Virus record (IMG/VR): IMGVR_UViG_2595698952_000001
Span: 1-64,000 of that record
Direction: 5' to 3' (one strand)
Length of the DNA: 64,000 nucleotides
Source: a virus
Lineage: Duplodnaviria > Caudoviricetes
In this document: in pieces, positions 38,353 through 47,765 of the stretch
How the letters are laid out: every line of letters starts with the position of its first letter
Numbering within the stretch: the stretch's first letter is position 1
Notes under the pieces: model-generated
What the model was told of the DNA's origin: nothing
Seen by the model: only the letters and a program-made list of their open reading frames with translations
Databases searched by the model: none
Made by a program: the position numbers and the translations under genes

Positions 38353-38709
38353 ATGACTATCGTAACTACTGGTGTTCTGAATGCGCGTCTGGCAGAAACT
38401 GTTGCAGTGATTAAAGAAACTGATGCGCTTTACAATGACCACCGTGACGGTGAGAAATACCTGAGCTATGCCGACATTAAATACTTCGGCGTAGCTTACC
38501 ATCCGGAGTTCGGTCTGTGCTTAGTCGCAGCCCATTCTCCCGTACAGTCGCTGAACCGCATCACGGTTCGCGATGGTAAAGCTTACATCACCACTTGGGA
38601 TGTAGGCGGTACTCTGCGTGCTGATTGGCACAAGGACGACATGGAAGCAGCATTGAACGCGCTCATGTCAGCGAAGTACAGCAACCTGGTTGCAATCTTC
38701 AAAGCGTAA
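38353..38709 (+). CDS. Hypothetical early protein
   Basis: AAAGGA RBS, directly downstream of the promoter motif. Confidence 0.75.
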   Translation: MTIVTTGVLNARLAETVAVIKETDALYNDHRDGEKYLSYADIKYFGVAYHPEFGLCLVAAHSPVQSLNRITVRDGKAYITTWDVGGTLRADWHKDDMEAALNALMSAKYSNLVAIFKA

Positions 38710-38772
38710 GACAACCCTTGGCCACCACACGGTGGCCTTTCTAATTCGACTATTACCATTAGGAGCATTACC

Positions 38773-39201
38773 ATGTTTACACTGAACTCTGAATTACGTG
38801 ACTTCGTTCGCAACAACCCTAACGTTGCCTCTCTCGTTATCGTCATCGCCGTTAATGGGCAGGACCCGAACGAATACGCTATTGAACAATACGAAGCGTT
38901 GCTCAAAGAAGCAAAACGTGCAGCGCTGTATGCACCACTGCCGAAGCGCGAACATTTCCCAGAAGGCGAACTGGGCGATACCATCTATCACGATATTCGT
39001 GCGCAATACTTCGTCAACCAACGCGTGTTCGATATTGAACAAGCACCACTCGAAGGTCGTACCTTCGGTGACATGATTCGCAACTGGCGCGAAGAACTGA
39101 TGAAAGATAACACTATCGCTGAACTCAGCAAATCTTTCAGCCAGACTTCACTGGACTTCGAGCAGCGTAACATCGCACTCGCTACCCATCGCGTTATCTA
39201 A
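38773..39201 (+). CDS. Hypothetical early protein
   Basis: AGGAG RBS. Confidence 0.75.
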   Translation: MFTLNSELRDFVRNNPNVASLVIVIAVNGQDPNEYAIEQYEALLKEAKRAALYAPLPKREHFPEGELGDTIYHDIRAQYFVNQRVFDIEQAPLEGRTFGDMIRNWREELMKDNTIAELSKSFSQTSLDFEQRNIALATHRVI

Positions 39202-39210
39202 GTAACACTC

Positions 39211-39230
39211 GGGAGAGCCTAGGCTCTCCC
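39211..39230. repeat. Perfect 20-bp palindrome / hairpin
   Basis: GGGAGAGCCTAGGCTCTCCC with only a weak T-tail. Confidence 0.7.
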
Positions 39231-39275
39231 TTCTCTTATACTCATCTCAAATCTAAGACAAAAAGGAAATTCACC

Positions 39276-39509
39276 ATGCGCAACTTATTCACTGCTACTA
39301 CTACTTCTGTAATCGCTACCGCTTCTGCTGGCAGCAAAACTACTTCTCGCAAACCTGACCTGCTAGACGTCCTGCTGAAACTGTCTCACACCGAGCGTGA
39401 AGCAGTCATGAAAGAACTGAAAGAAGGCAACAAAATGGTAGACAAATTAGATGTGGTCTACGGTTCTAAAGACAAGAAGGATTCTGGCGGTCTGCTGTTC
39501 ATGGCCTAA
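39276..39509 (+). CDS. Small hypothetical early protein
   Basis: 77 aa, AAGGA RBS. Confidence 0.7.
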   Translation: MRNLFTATTTSVIATASAGSKTTSRKPDLLDVLLKLSHTEREAVMKELKEGNKMVDKLDVVYGSKDKKDSGGLLFMA

Positions 39510-39515
39510 GGCTAA

Positions 39516-39608
39516 CGCGATGCGAAACTATTACTTGCGATGTTGATGTCCTGGGGAAACCTGGGGCATCACATCGTGACGTAATCATCGCGCTTTTCTT
39601 TTTTTTTT
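39516..39608 (+). other. Long bulged RNA hairpin with GAAA tetraloop followed by a long U-tract
   Basis: Nested pairings CGCGATG/CATCGCG, ATTAC/GTAAT, TGCGATGT/ACATCGTG and GATGTCCTGGG/CCTGGGGCATC. Confidence 0.7.
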
Positions 39609-39706
39609 CGTTTGCCCCTTGAGCACGATACCGTTTCATTTTGAATCTGTTCTCCTGACGGAAATTGCTATGCAATAAACCGAACCTTACTACACAGGAG
39701 AGCACC

Positions 39707-41524
39707 ATGACCACCCAAGCAATGGCCGTCATCTCATTCGATCGTTGTGCTTCCATCGGTGCATTACGTGCAACCGAACCTGCTCAGCCAGGTCAACGTA
39801 TTGATTTGAAAGAATATAGTCAGGGCACTGGCTACGGCGGAGGTTACTTCATTCACCAAGAGAATGATACGACTTCACCGGACGATGGGGGTTATTGCAT
39901 CGTGACGCCGAAAGGTGCGCGCTGGAAACGTGCGTTAAACTCTTTACATGAACTCAACGTCTGTCACTTCGGTGCAGTCGGGGGTGGTAAAGTAGATACC
40001 GCTGATGCGTTCGCGAAAATGATGGCTTGGTCTCAGGCAAACATCCCTGCTATCGGCGTACAATATCCTGCCGGTATGTTCAAGCTTTCCAAGTTTACCA
40101 ACACCAAAGAGATTGCGCGTTTCCGTGTAGCGGGTGCGCCAGTCAACAGTGACTTCGGTTATTTCAATACCACAACCCTTATCGGTGACAACACCGAAGA
40201 GGGCTTTATCCTGGATATCGTGGCACGCCGTACGTCTATCGCGCACATCAACTTCGAAGGTGCTGCTGATCCGTTCGCGGCTAATGACAAGAAAGTGGCA
40301 GGGCTGAAAGGCTTCCTGCGTAACACTTGTCCGGGCGGTCAATACGTTCGTGTTAGCAACTGGGCAAGTTCGTTTGTTGGGGGCGTGACCTTCAGTATCC
40401 TTGATGCGCTGGACACCAAGTTTGACCAGTTCTACGTTTCCAAGCACACCAACAGTTTCATCTATGGTCGTTGGTCTGGCCAGACGTGGGGCGTGTGGGA
40501 TCACGAAACTGCTATCGAGCTGTCAAACTTCAACGTGCAGAACTGTACCGGGCCGCACGTCTTTGACCTGCCGCGTGCTACACAGTCTGAAATCAACAAT
40601 GGTTGGATTGAACACACGACTAACCCTGGTAACTTGTCTGACGGCCATTGGCTTATCAGCAACTTCTCCATGGAAGGGTGTGGCCCGATGCTGATTGAGA
40701 ATGCGCGTTTAACACGCCATCACATCAACCTGCAAGCGGGGTCGAGCTGGGACAAGACTACCGGTAACTCTAGCTGGACAGGTCTGTCAGGCTACGAGAA
40801 AGGTGACCTGCAACTGGAGTGGCACGGCATTGACGTTGCCGGTTCCATGACAGCAAGCTACTACTCGCCGGAGTTTCGTCTCGACAACAACAAAGGGTCA
40901 TCACAGTGGTTCTACCTCGGGAACATCCGCACCACCGGTGTGGGTGAGAACGTGAAGATTACCCTGCAAGGTACGCGTGGTTATAACTCGGTTAAAGGCG
41001 ATGCTACGCAACACGGTGGGGCTGCACAGGCTCACGGTGCCGCAGTTATCAGCATCAAAACCGTGTCATCTAACTACGTTGACCTGGAGTGGGATGGCGA
41101 GGGTGCCTGTCCGGTGAAGAACGTCAAGTTCACGAAACCGTTCAAGAACTCCTGCCATGTCTTCGTGGAGCTGTTCGACTGGACGCGTTACGTGTCACCG
41201 TTCGTACAAGTCACCTCGAAGTCTCGCTTTGAAGCAGGGATTCCGTTTGATGTCGTCTACGATGGCCGGGCACTGACCCTGGCTGAAATCCAGGCCATTG
41301 TCGATACCCAGTCAGCTGCGGCGGGTTCAACGATTGAACTGCTGGATGGCGTGACTGGGATGTGTTTCGGTGCCAAGAACGGTATCGGTTGGAACGGGCA
41401 AGGCGACCTGCTGCTGCGCTTTGCGCTGAAAGACGGCTACCTGCCAGTGAAGATTACTGACCCGGTAACGGAGCGCGTGACGCAAGGCTACATCAAGGTC
41501 GAAACATCTATTCCGGCGAAGTAA
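39707..41524 (+). CDS. AmsF/WceF-like tailspike-fold exopolysaccharide-active protein
   Basis: Tailspike head motif GGGYF...DDGGY...GARWKR, beta-helix entry NVCHFGAVGGGK.D...AF, and WDHETAIELSNFN/NGWIEH as recalled for AmsF. Confidence 0.75.
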   Translation: MTTQAMAVISFDRCASIGALRATEPAQPGQRIDLKEYSQGTGYGGGYFIHQENDTTSPDDGGYCIVTPKGARWKRALNSLHELNVCHFGAVGGGKVDTADAFAKMMAWSQANIPAIGVQYPAGMFKLSKFTNTKEIARFRVAGAPVNSDFGYFNTTTLIGDNTEEGFILDIVARRTSIAHINFEGAADPFAANDKKVAGLKGFLRNTCPGGQYVRVSNWASSFVGGVTFSILDALDTKFDQFYVSKHTNSFIYGRWSGQTWGVWDHETAIELSNFNVQNCTGPHVFDLPRATQSEINNGWIEHTTNPGNLSDGHWLISNFSMEGCGPMLIENARLTRHHINLQAGSSWDKTTGNSSWTGLSGYEKGDLQLEWHGIDVAGSMTASYYSPEFRLDNNKGSSQWFYLGNIRTTGVGENVKITLQGTRGYNSVKGDATQHGGAAQAHGAAVISIKTVSSNYVDLEWDGEGACPVKNVKFTKPFKNSCHVFVELFDWTRYVSPFVQVTSKSRFEAGIPFDVVYDGRALTLAEIQAIVDTQSAAAGSTIELLDGVTGMCFGAKNGIGWNGQGDLLLRFALKDGYLPVKITDPVTERVTQGYIKVETSIPAK

Positions 41525-41529
41525 TACCC

Positions 41530-41566
41530 AGGGAGGCTTCGGCCTCCCTTTCCCCTTTCTTTTTTT
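41530..41566 (+). terminator. Intrinsic terminator
   Basis: AGGGAGGC-TTCG-GCCTCCCT followed by a T-rich tail. Confidence 0.85.
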
Positions 41567-41635
41567 GCCCCTTTTAATATGCTGGCAGGGGGTCATAGAC
41601 GTGACCTCAACAATCCCTTTAAACGAGTTAACGCG

Positions 41636-42433
41636 ATGTCTCTTACTTCTAAACAGAATCTGCTAAAACTCATCAACGAAGAAAACAAAATCAGCCCTCC
41701 GCTGAGTTTGGATGACGTTGATATCGGACTGCCGGAGGTGGTGTCAGTAGATGGGCGTGATTCGCAGGTAGTATTGACTTCCAAAATGCGCGGGGACGAA
41801 GGTTCCCAGGTGACTGTGGATTACCACCGTCGCCCATTAGAAGATTACCTGAAAGACGACAATGTCTTTGGTGACGAGGATGTGCACACCACGCACGACC
41901 TTATCACGGCGATTAACGAACGGTTCGGGTTGAAGTTGGTGGCTGAGGATATCGAAGATAATCCGGTTGCTGGCATCTCCCACGATGTCGTGGCGGTAAC
42001 GGATTCCCATGAGTGGCGAAGCGTTGCAACCATCGAAATCAAACCTGCCACACCCCTGGCGGATGTGATTCCAAACACGGAGCTGGACGGTCTTCTGTAT
42101 CCCGATCATCAAGACACGCAATTCGGTCAAGCGTATATCTATTCGCGTGATGTCGACTGTAGCCACATCTCACCGTTCCTGAGCAAGTTAGCAGTAGGTA
42201 TCGATGTAGATGACACAGCGTTAGCAGTTGAATTAAACAAATGTGTGCCTGAACTTTGGGTTGCTCAAGATACAGCCGCCCCGTATAACCTCCGTAATGC
42301 GAAGGTCATCTTCGATGGCATTCCTGCGGACTTACCGGGTGCTAACACGAAATACGCGTACGTGGTCTCAGTGGAACTCACTGACCTGTGCTCGAACTTC
42401 CGTGGTGCGCTGAACTTACACTTTAACAACTAA
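41636..42433 (+). CDS. Virion paralog-family protein, class I
   Basis: L..IN.EN...DLI..IN.RFGL anchor domain, LDGLLYP linker, C-terminal G.L.LHFN. Confidence 0.75.
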   Translation: MSLTSKQNLLKLINEENKISPPLSLDDVDIGLPEVVSVDGRDSQVVLTSKMRGDEGSQVTVDYHRRPLEDYLKDDNVFGDEDVHTTHDLITAINERFGLKLVAEDIEDNPVAGISHDVVAVTDSHEWRSVATIEIKPATPLADVIPNTELDGLLYPDHQDTQFGQAYIYSRDVDCSHISPFLSKLAVGIDVDDTALAVELNKCVPELWVAQDTAAPYNLRNAKVIFDGIPADLPGANTKYAYVVSVELTDLCSNFRGALNLHFNN

Positions 42434-42443
42434 GGGGGTCTGA

Positions 42444-43277
42444 GTGTCTATTTACGATAAACCCTCGCGGGAGATGTTGTTAGAGGCCATTAACAAACAG
42501 AACAATACCGCGCTCACCTGGAACCAGATTGCCTCCGGTTATCCGGAAGTGATTCAATCCGAAGGTGCGGAACGTAATACGCGCGTGCTGCTCTACGGCT
42601 TAAACGGCCAAGGGTACAAAGGTTCGGTCTCTATTGAGTACGACCGTATCGACATGCCGACGTTGTTCCGTAATCTGGTGCCGGTGATTATCACCAACCC
42701 GAAAGACAGGCTCTCGGACTTACTCCCGTTCTTAAACGAGAAGTACGGACTGTCGTTGATTGCTGATGACATTGTTGACCAGTCCGTTAAAGACCTGGGT
42801 GACAGTTGGCTACTGGATGTGGCAATCAAACCGGGCTGCTTGGCCTGGCAGGGTGGGTTTACGCTGCGCTTTGCGAAGTTTATCCCGAACCTGAAAGATG
42901 TGGTGACCGATGTTGACTTGAGCGTGATTATTGCGCCGTATACCGTGGACGTCAAACCCCACGCTGAATACGTGGCGTACGGTTACGATTGGTCAGAGTT
43001 GTCCAAATCATTCGTCACTGACTGGGCGTTTAACCGCGTCTTAACAGCAGCGGATGTTGATGCGTTGAATGAAGTGGTGCCATTGAAGTTTGCTTTTGTA
43101 AACGGAGCGACTGCGCAACCAGGGCAGATTGCTTTGTCCGGTGCACGGTTTAAGGGTGTGACTGCGGTGACCCCGAACTCCAAGTACGACGAAGACTTCG
43201 AACGGGTAGCCACCATTGACCTCGCCGCCGACAGCAACTACTCGGGCAGCCTTATCCTTCACTTCCAACCGGTATAA
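42444..43277 (+). CDS. Virion paralog-family protein, class I
   Basis: RNT...GYKG..YDR, LN.KYGL, ends GSLILHF. Confidence 0.75.
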   Translation: MSIYDKPSREMLLEAINKQNNTALTWNQIASGYPEVIQSEGAERNTRVLLYGLNGQGYKGSVSIEYDRIDMPTLFRNLVPVIITNPKDRLSDLLPFLNEKYGLSLIADDIVDQSVKDLGDSWLLDVAIKPGCLAWQGGFTLRFAKFIPNLKDVVTDVDLSVIIAPYTVDVKPHAEYVAYGYDWSELSKSFVTDWAFNRVLTAADVDALNEVVPLKFAFVNGATAQPGQIALSGARFKGVTAVTPNSKYDEDFERVATIDLAADSNYSGSLILHFQPV

Positions 43278-43286
43278 GGATAGACG

Positions 43287-44141
43287 ATGCCTATTTTAGC
43301 CACAGCTGAAAAGCTTATTCTGGCCGAGATAAACGTAGAGAACGGACTTGACCTGAAAGATAATGAAGTGTCTTTCGGCCCTCCGGCCGTTCCTACTGAA
43401 CCTGACGACGTAGCCAAAGCCAACGGGCACAACTCGATGGTGTCGGTACAAGCATTACCTATCGCGAACGCGACAGGTCGTGCCACTGTGTATTACGATC
43501 GTTTAGAGTTCAGTGACATGTTTACTGGCCTCGACGGTAATCAGCCGCTGCGTGTTCCGGCGCGTTTAGATTCGGTGTTTACCGCGCACGATATTGTCCC
43601 GCTGGTCAATCAATATTTCGGGTTGAGCCTGCGTACGTCGGATGTCGAGAACACAGAGATTAACCGCTCCTCGTGGGTGGTGGACTTTGTGGCCACAGCC
43701 GATTCACTGGGATGGTTAGGCACCATTGAAGTGCAGGTGCTGCCGGGAGATGCGTTACTGCCCAGTAACTTCGACCCGACAACGGTTGACCCGTATATCA
43801 TTCCGTACTTTAACACCAAAGTTGGCCAGGCCGCAGTCTATGGCTACCCGTGGCGGTTCGATGACTACGCCGCAGAACTGATGGCGATGGGCACCACCAC
43901 AACGGATGCCAAAAATATCCGACTGGCACAGATTCTCCAGAAGGTCACAGGTGACCTGTGGCAGGTTTACCGTAACCCGGTGAACTTTAACCTGAAAGAG
44001 AATACCTTTGTCTACAACGGTAAGAACAGCGCTTCCTTCCCGACGAACCCGTCTTACGACAACGTACTGGTGATTGAGCTGTCCTTGTACTGCCTGAACT
44101 TTGGTGGGCGTATGTACATCCATTACAACGACCCTGATTAA
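43287..44141 (+). CDS. Virion paralog-family protein, class I
   Basis: Same architecture; ends GRMYIHYN. Confidence 0.75.
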   Translation: MPILATAEKLILAEINVENGLDLKDNEVSFGPPAVPTEPDDVAKANGHNSMVSVQALPIANATGRATVYYDRLEFSDMFTGLDGNQPLRVPARLDSVFTAHDIVPLVNQYFGLSLRTSDVENTEINRSSWVVDFVATADSLGWLGTIEVQVLPGDALLPSNFDPTTVDPYIIPYFNTKVGQAAVYGYPWRFDDYAAELMAMGTTTTDAKNIRLAQILQKVTGDLWQVYRNPVNFNLKENTFVYNGKNSASFPTNPSYDNVLVIELSLYCLNFGGRMYIHYNDPD

Positions 44142-44161
44142 TCCTGCTAAAGGAAGTTAGA

Positions 44162-45058
44162 ATGAAACCTTTAAACAAAACGTCCGACCTCCTGGTTCTC
44201 GATTTCATCAATGAGAAGAACTCAGGTGCGAATCTCGAACTGACCAAAGTTATTCTGGGTACGCCTGTTGAAAACACCGGTGCGGACAAAGATGACCGTA
44301 ACACCCAGATGGATGTCAAGGCGCGTAAGAACTCCGGTTACATCGGCGATCAGGGCGTGACCTATAACCGTCTGGAAGGTGAGAAGCTGTTCCTGAACGT
44401 CACGGCTTACCTGGACGTGAAAGAACCGAAAACCACCACTGACCTGCTGAGCAAACTGAACGAGCAGTACGGTCTGAAAATCACCGAAGACGACATCGAC
44501 CCAACGGCTATCCCGGACGGCACTAACCCGCCAGTAACCAACCCGGAAGATCCAGACCCGGCCCCGGTTGATCACCTGGTGACCTTCAAAACCGATTGCT
44601 ACGCCTACCTCGGCGCTATCCCGGTGAAAATCGGTGCTAAGCCACAGGTCGGTGAGCGTCTGAGCCTGGTCATCACCCAAACTCAGCTGGATGGCCTGGT
44701 ATACCCAGACACCCCGATTGAGAACAAAGGTCAAGGCTACATCTACTCCTACGGTGTGGACTGTTCTGCCATTGCTGCGTTCCTGGATGTGCAGGCAACC
44801 GGCGTGATGGCGAACGACACGGCGTTTGCCGTCGAGCTGAACAAAGTGGTTCCAGAGCTGTGGGTTGCGGAAGATGCCTCTAAGGATTACAACCTGAAAG
44901 GCGCAAACGTAACCTACGTTGGCCTGACTGCGGACGACGGTACGGGCAAACCTGTTGAAGGCGCGAACACCGCTTACAACAAAGTGATGCTGCTGGAGCT
45001 GGACGACACCAAGTGCTCTAACTTCACCGGTACCATGTTCCTGCACTTCAACGCCTAA
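44162..45058 (+). CDS. Virion paralog-family protein, class I
   Basis: LDGLVYP linker; C-domain closest to 41636..42433 (AVELNK.VPELWVA). Confidence 0.75.
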   Translation: MKPLNKTSDLLVLDFINEKNSGANLELTKVILGTPVENTGADKDDRNTQMDVKARKNSGYIGDQGVTYNRLEGEKLFLNVTAYLDVKEPKTTTDLLSKLNEQYGLKITEDDIDPTAIPDGTNPPVTNPEDPDPAPVDHLVTFKTDCYAYLGAIPVKIGAKPQVGERLSLVITQTQLDGLVYPDTPIENKGQGYIYSYGVDCSAIAAFLDVQATGVMANDTAFAVELNKVVPELWVAEDASKDYNLKGANVTYVGLTADDGTGKPVEGANTAYNKVMLLELDDTKCSNFTGTMFLHFNA

Positions 45059-45064
45059 TGGCAC

Positions 45065-45107
45065 GCTAGGGGGAGGCTATCCTCCTCCTAGCACTGCTTT
45101 CTTTTTT
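45065..45107 (+). terminator. Intrinsic terminator
   Basis: GCTAGGGGGAGG-CTAT-CCTCCTCCTAGC (one mismatch) followed by a T-rich tail. Confidence 0.7.
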
Positions 45108-45126
45108 CTGTGCCGAGGAGGCTGCT

Positions 45127-45963
45127 ATGGCGATTTATAGTCAGTCTCAGCGACAGTATCTCTTTGATGCAATCAACGCGGAGAACCCTGGCGCGATTAT
45201 GCCCATGGGGTTGAACAACGCGATTATCGGGAAACCGAAAGTGATTCCAACAACAGAGACTGGAGCCAATACCGAGATTGTCATTCGTGGCCGTCAAGGG
45301 CGGGGCTACGCAGGCGGACAAACTTTCCGCTACAAGCGTTTGTCGCTGAACGACTTATTTAAGAACCTGGTTGCGACGGTGACTTCACCGCAGGCGTATG
45401 GCTGGCTGAACAACGATGCGAAGAAACTCGCGTTTGTCCAAAACGTCAACGCGCGCTATGGTCTTAATCTGGAAGCCATTGATATTCCAGATGTGTACGT
45501 ATACCTCAACAACAAGAACACGGTCAACGTGTTAGCAACCTGTGTCCAGTACACCGGTGGGATTACCTTTAACTCGGTTAGAGGGAAGAACTCGCTGGAA
45601 GAAGCAATTCTGGATGATGTGTTGAAGGTACTGAATCACCCTATTGACGTCGACGACCAAAAGCTCTGCGGAACGATGCTGGGTTATAGCGTGGACTTTA
45701 CAGACGAGCCGCAAATTATGCAGGCGTTTGTGAATGGGCGTATGGACGTGGGGGCGAACTTTACTTCGGGGGCCAGTGATAACCTGGTGACACTGATGGT
45801 CAGTCGTGGGTTACCGTCGTTTGATTTTACCGGTGCCACGATTAAGCGTGTGAAGACCACCGCGGAACCACGGGCCAACACAATGTACGATAACGTGCTG
45901 GTTATCACGAACGTTAACGATCCTCACGTCGGTGGCGATTGGCTGCTGCACTACAACGATTAG
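45127..45963 (+). CDS. Virion paralog-family protein, class I
   Basis: Same architecture; ends GDWLLHYN. Confidence 0.75.
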   Translation: MAIYSQSQRQYLFDAINAENPGAIMPMGLNNAIIGKPKVIPTTETGANTEIVIRGRQGRGYAGGQTFRYKRLSLNDLFKNLVATVTSPQAYGWLNNDAKKLAFVQNVNARYGLNLEAIDIPDVYVYLNNKNTVNVLATCVQYTGGITFNSVRGKNSLEEAILDDVLKVLNHPIDVDDQKLCGTMLGYSVDFTDEPQIMQAFVNGRMDVGANFTSGASDNLVTLMVSRGLPSFDFTGATIKRVKTTAEPRANTMYDNVLVITNVNDPHVGGDWLLHYND

Positions 45964-45974
45964 GAATAAAACGA

Positions 45975-46862
45975 ATGGCAATCTATCAACCTTCGAAGGA
46001 CGTCATTCTGGCCGCCATCAATGCACAGAACTCCATCGCGGTTAAAGCGACAGACATTGTGTACAGTGCGCCGAAAGACATTCGTGGTACTGATAAAGGT
46101 AACACGACCAAAAAGAACACCCAGGTTAAAGTCACCGCCGACGGCGTTGTGGGGTCAACCTGGTCGGGCAAAAAGAACGTGTTTTACGACCGTCTCCAGA
46201 TTCAGGACTTGGTGGTGCTGATTGGTGACACGCTCTACATCGGACCGTCAAACAACCATCTTCAGGAAGCTATCCCTGCCCTGAACCTGCGTTATGGTTT
46301 TGTGTTTGAAGCGGGTGATTTGCAAGAAGCAGAAATCCTGTGGAACGAAGACAAAACGGCGGGCACGGTAAAAGTGAAAGCAGTTGAGACTTCACTGGGC
46401 TGGATTGGTGAGTACAACTTTAAAGTGGCGAAAGGTGACGAATCCCTGCCGTCGAAAGTGTCAACCAACACCCTGTCCGGTCTGAAATACCCGAATGGTC
46501 AGATGGGTTCCGAGACGGTCGCAGCCACCATTGCGCAGGTTTACTCGTACCCGTTCAACTTCACCGTGTACCACGACCTGTTCAAATCATTCACACCGGG
46601 TGTGTTGACGGGCGATGCCCTGACCAACTTCGTCAACGCGATGAAGGTCATCACTGGCGGATCGTGGGTTACCACCAACAACGCCACCTGGGGTCTGTCT
46701 GGTGCAGAAGTTACGTTCGTGGGCGACAACGACGCAGTTACCATGCCAACCAACAGCAAGTACAGCTTCGTGCTGGCGGTGAAACTGCCTGCGTCGCTGA
46801 CGGCGATGGTCGGTACGATGTACCTGCAATTCAACAAACCAGAAGACCCGAACGAGGTGTAA
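45975..46862 (+). CDS. Virion paralog-family protein, class I
   Basis: LSGLKYP linker; ends GTMYLQFN. Confidence 0.75.
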   Translation: MAIYQPSKDVILAAINAQNSIAVKATDIVYSAPKDIRGTDKGNTTKKNTQVKVTADGVVGSTWSGKKNVFYDRLQIQDLVVLIGDTLYIGPSNNHLQEAIPALNLRYGFVFEAGDLQEAEILWNEDKTAGTVKVKAVETSLGWIGEYNFKVAKGDESLPSKVSTNTLSGLKYPNGQMGSETVAATIAQVYSYPFNFTVYHDLFKSFTPGVLTGDALTNFVNAMKVITGGSWVTTNNATWGLSGAEVTFVGDNDAVTMPTNSKYSFVLAVKLPASLTAMVGTMYLQFNKPEDPNEV

Positions 46863-46865
46863 TGT

Positions 46866-47711
46866 ATGGGACTCAACTACAGTAAGCCTTCTGACTTGCT
46901 GGTCTTCGATCTGTTAAACCGGGACAACCCCGGTTTACCGATTCCGGTGGATGCGAATAACGTCATCATCGAGAAGATTACGCAAGTGACGCCAGGCCCG
47001 GCCAATAACAACCGCAACACCCAGGCACGGTTACGTGGGGTACAGGGAATGGGGTTCCGCGATTCCCTGACCTTGTACTACGACCGTATCAGTTTGGCAC
47101 GGCTTATCCCTTGGTGGAGCTACGGTACAACTACACGTACCGCGTGCGGTATTACCAACTTCACAGCAGCGAACCTGCACGAACTCCTGCCATCCATTCT
47201 GGATACGTACGGTATTAACCTGCAACCCAAAGATGTGACCAATCAAAACTTTAGTGGTGTAGGCCAACCGAACTATAACTTCACCTACGCTTGTAATGCG
47301 TTGGCGACTTCGCCTGCGTATTTCAGCGGTTTCACCGGTTACCTGATGCGTGGTCTGCCGGTGCTGGATACGTCGATTACGATTGACACCTTGAACGTCA
47401 TGAAGCACCCGATTGGCATTGACACCAATCAGATGTGTGTGGACTTGATGACCTGGGGTATCGATTTCACGGCGTACAAGAACCTGCTGACGGTCACGTC
47501 GGGCGGTCTGCCAAACTGGGCAGGTCTACGTAACCTGTTGGACAGCCTGGGTGTGCCGAACTACGCTGCACCGATGAGTTCCAACACGGTGCAAGACGTC
47601 GCCACCACGGGGAACCAGTGGGCGAACAAAGACTACGACCGCGTGGTGATTCAAACCGGTATCGATGAGACCGGAGCGAAGGGTGTAGCCTACTATCACT
47701 ACAACAACTAA
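46866..47711 (+). CDS. Virion paralog-family protein, class I
   Basis: Same architecture; ends GVAYYHYN. Confidence 0.75.
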   Translation: MGLNYSKPSDLLVFDLLNRDNPGLPIPVDANNVIIEKITQVTPGPANNNRNTQARLRGVQGMGFRDSLTLYYDRISLARLIPWWSYGTTTRTACGITNFTAANLHELLPSILDTYGINLQPKDVTNQNFSGVGQPNYNFTYACNALATSPAYFSGFTGYLMRGLPVLDTSITIDTLNVMKHPIGIDTNQMCVDLMTWGIDFTAYKNLLTVTSGGLPNWAGLRNLLDSLGVPNYAAPMSSNTVQDVATTGNQWANKDYDRVVIQTGIDETGAKGVAYYHYNN

Positions 47712-47714
47712 ACC

Positions 47715-47740
47715 AAGGGCCTGCGGGCCCTTTCTTTTTT
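47715..47740 (+). terminator. Intrinsic terminator separating class I genes from the triplicated cassettes
   Basis: AAGGGCC-TGCG-GGCCCTT followed by a T-run. Confidence 0.8.
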
Positions 47741-47765
47741 GTCGTAGGTGGGCTTAGGAGTCACT

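Noticed and set aside
44222-45064. 280-aa antisense ORF, and similar long shadow ORFs (16377..17273, 22122..22817, 31369..32046, 62843..63571)
   Set aside because: They lie opposite well-supported genes, lack RBS or motifs, and are expected from codon bias.
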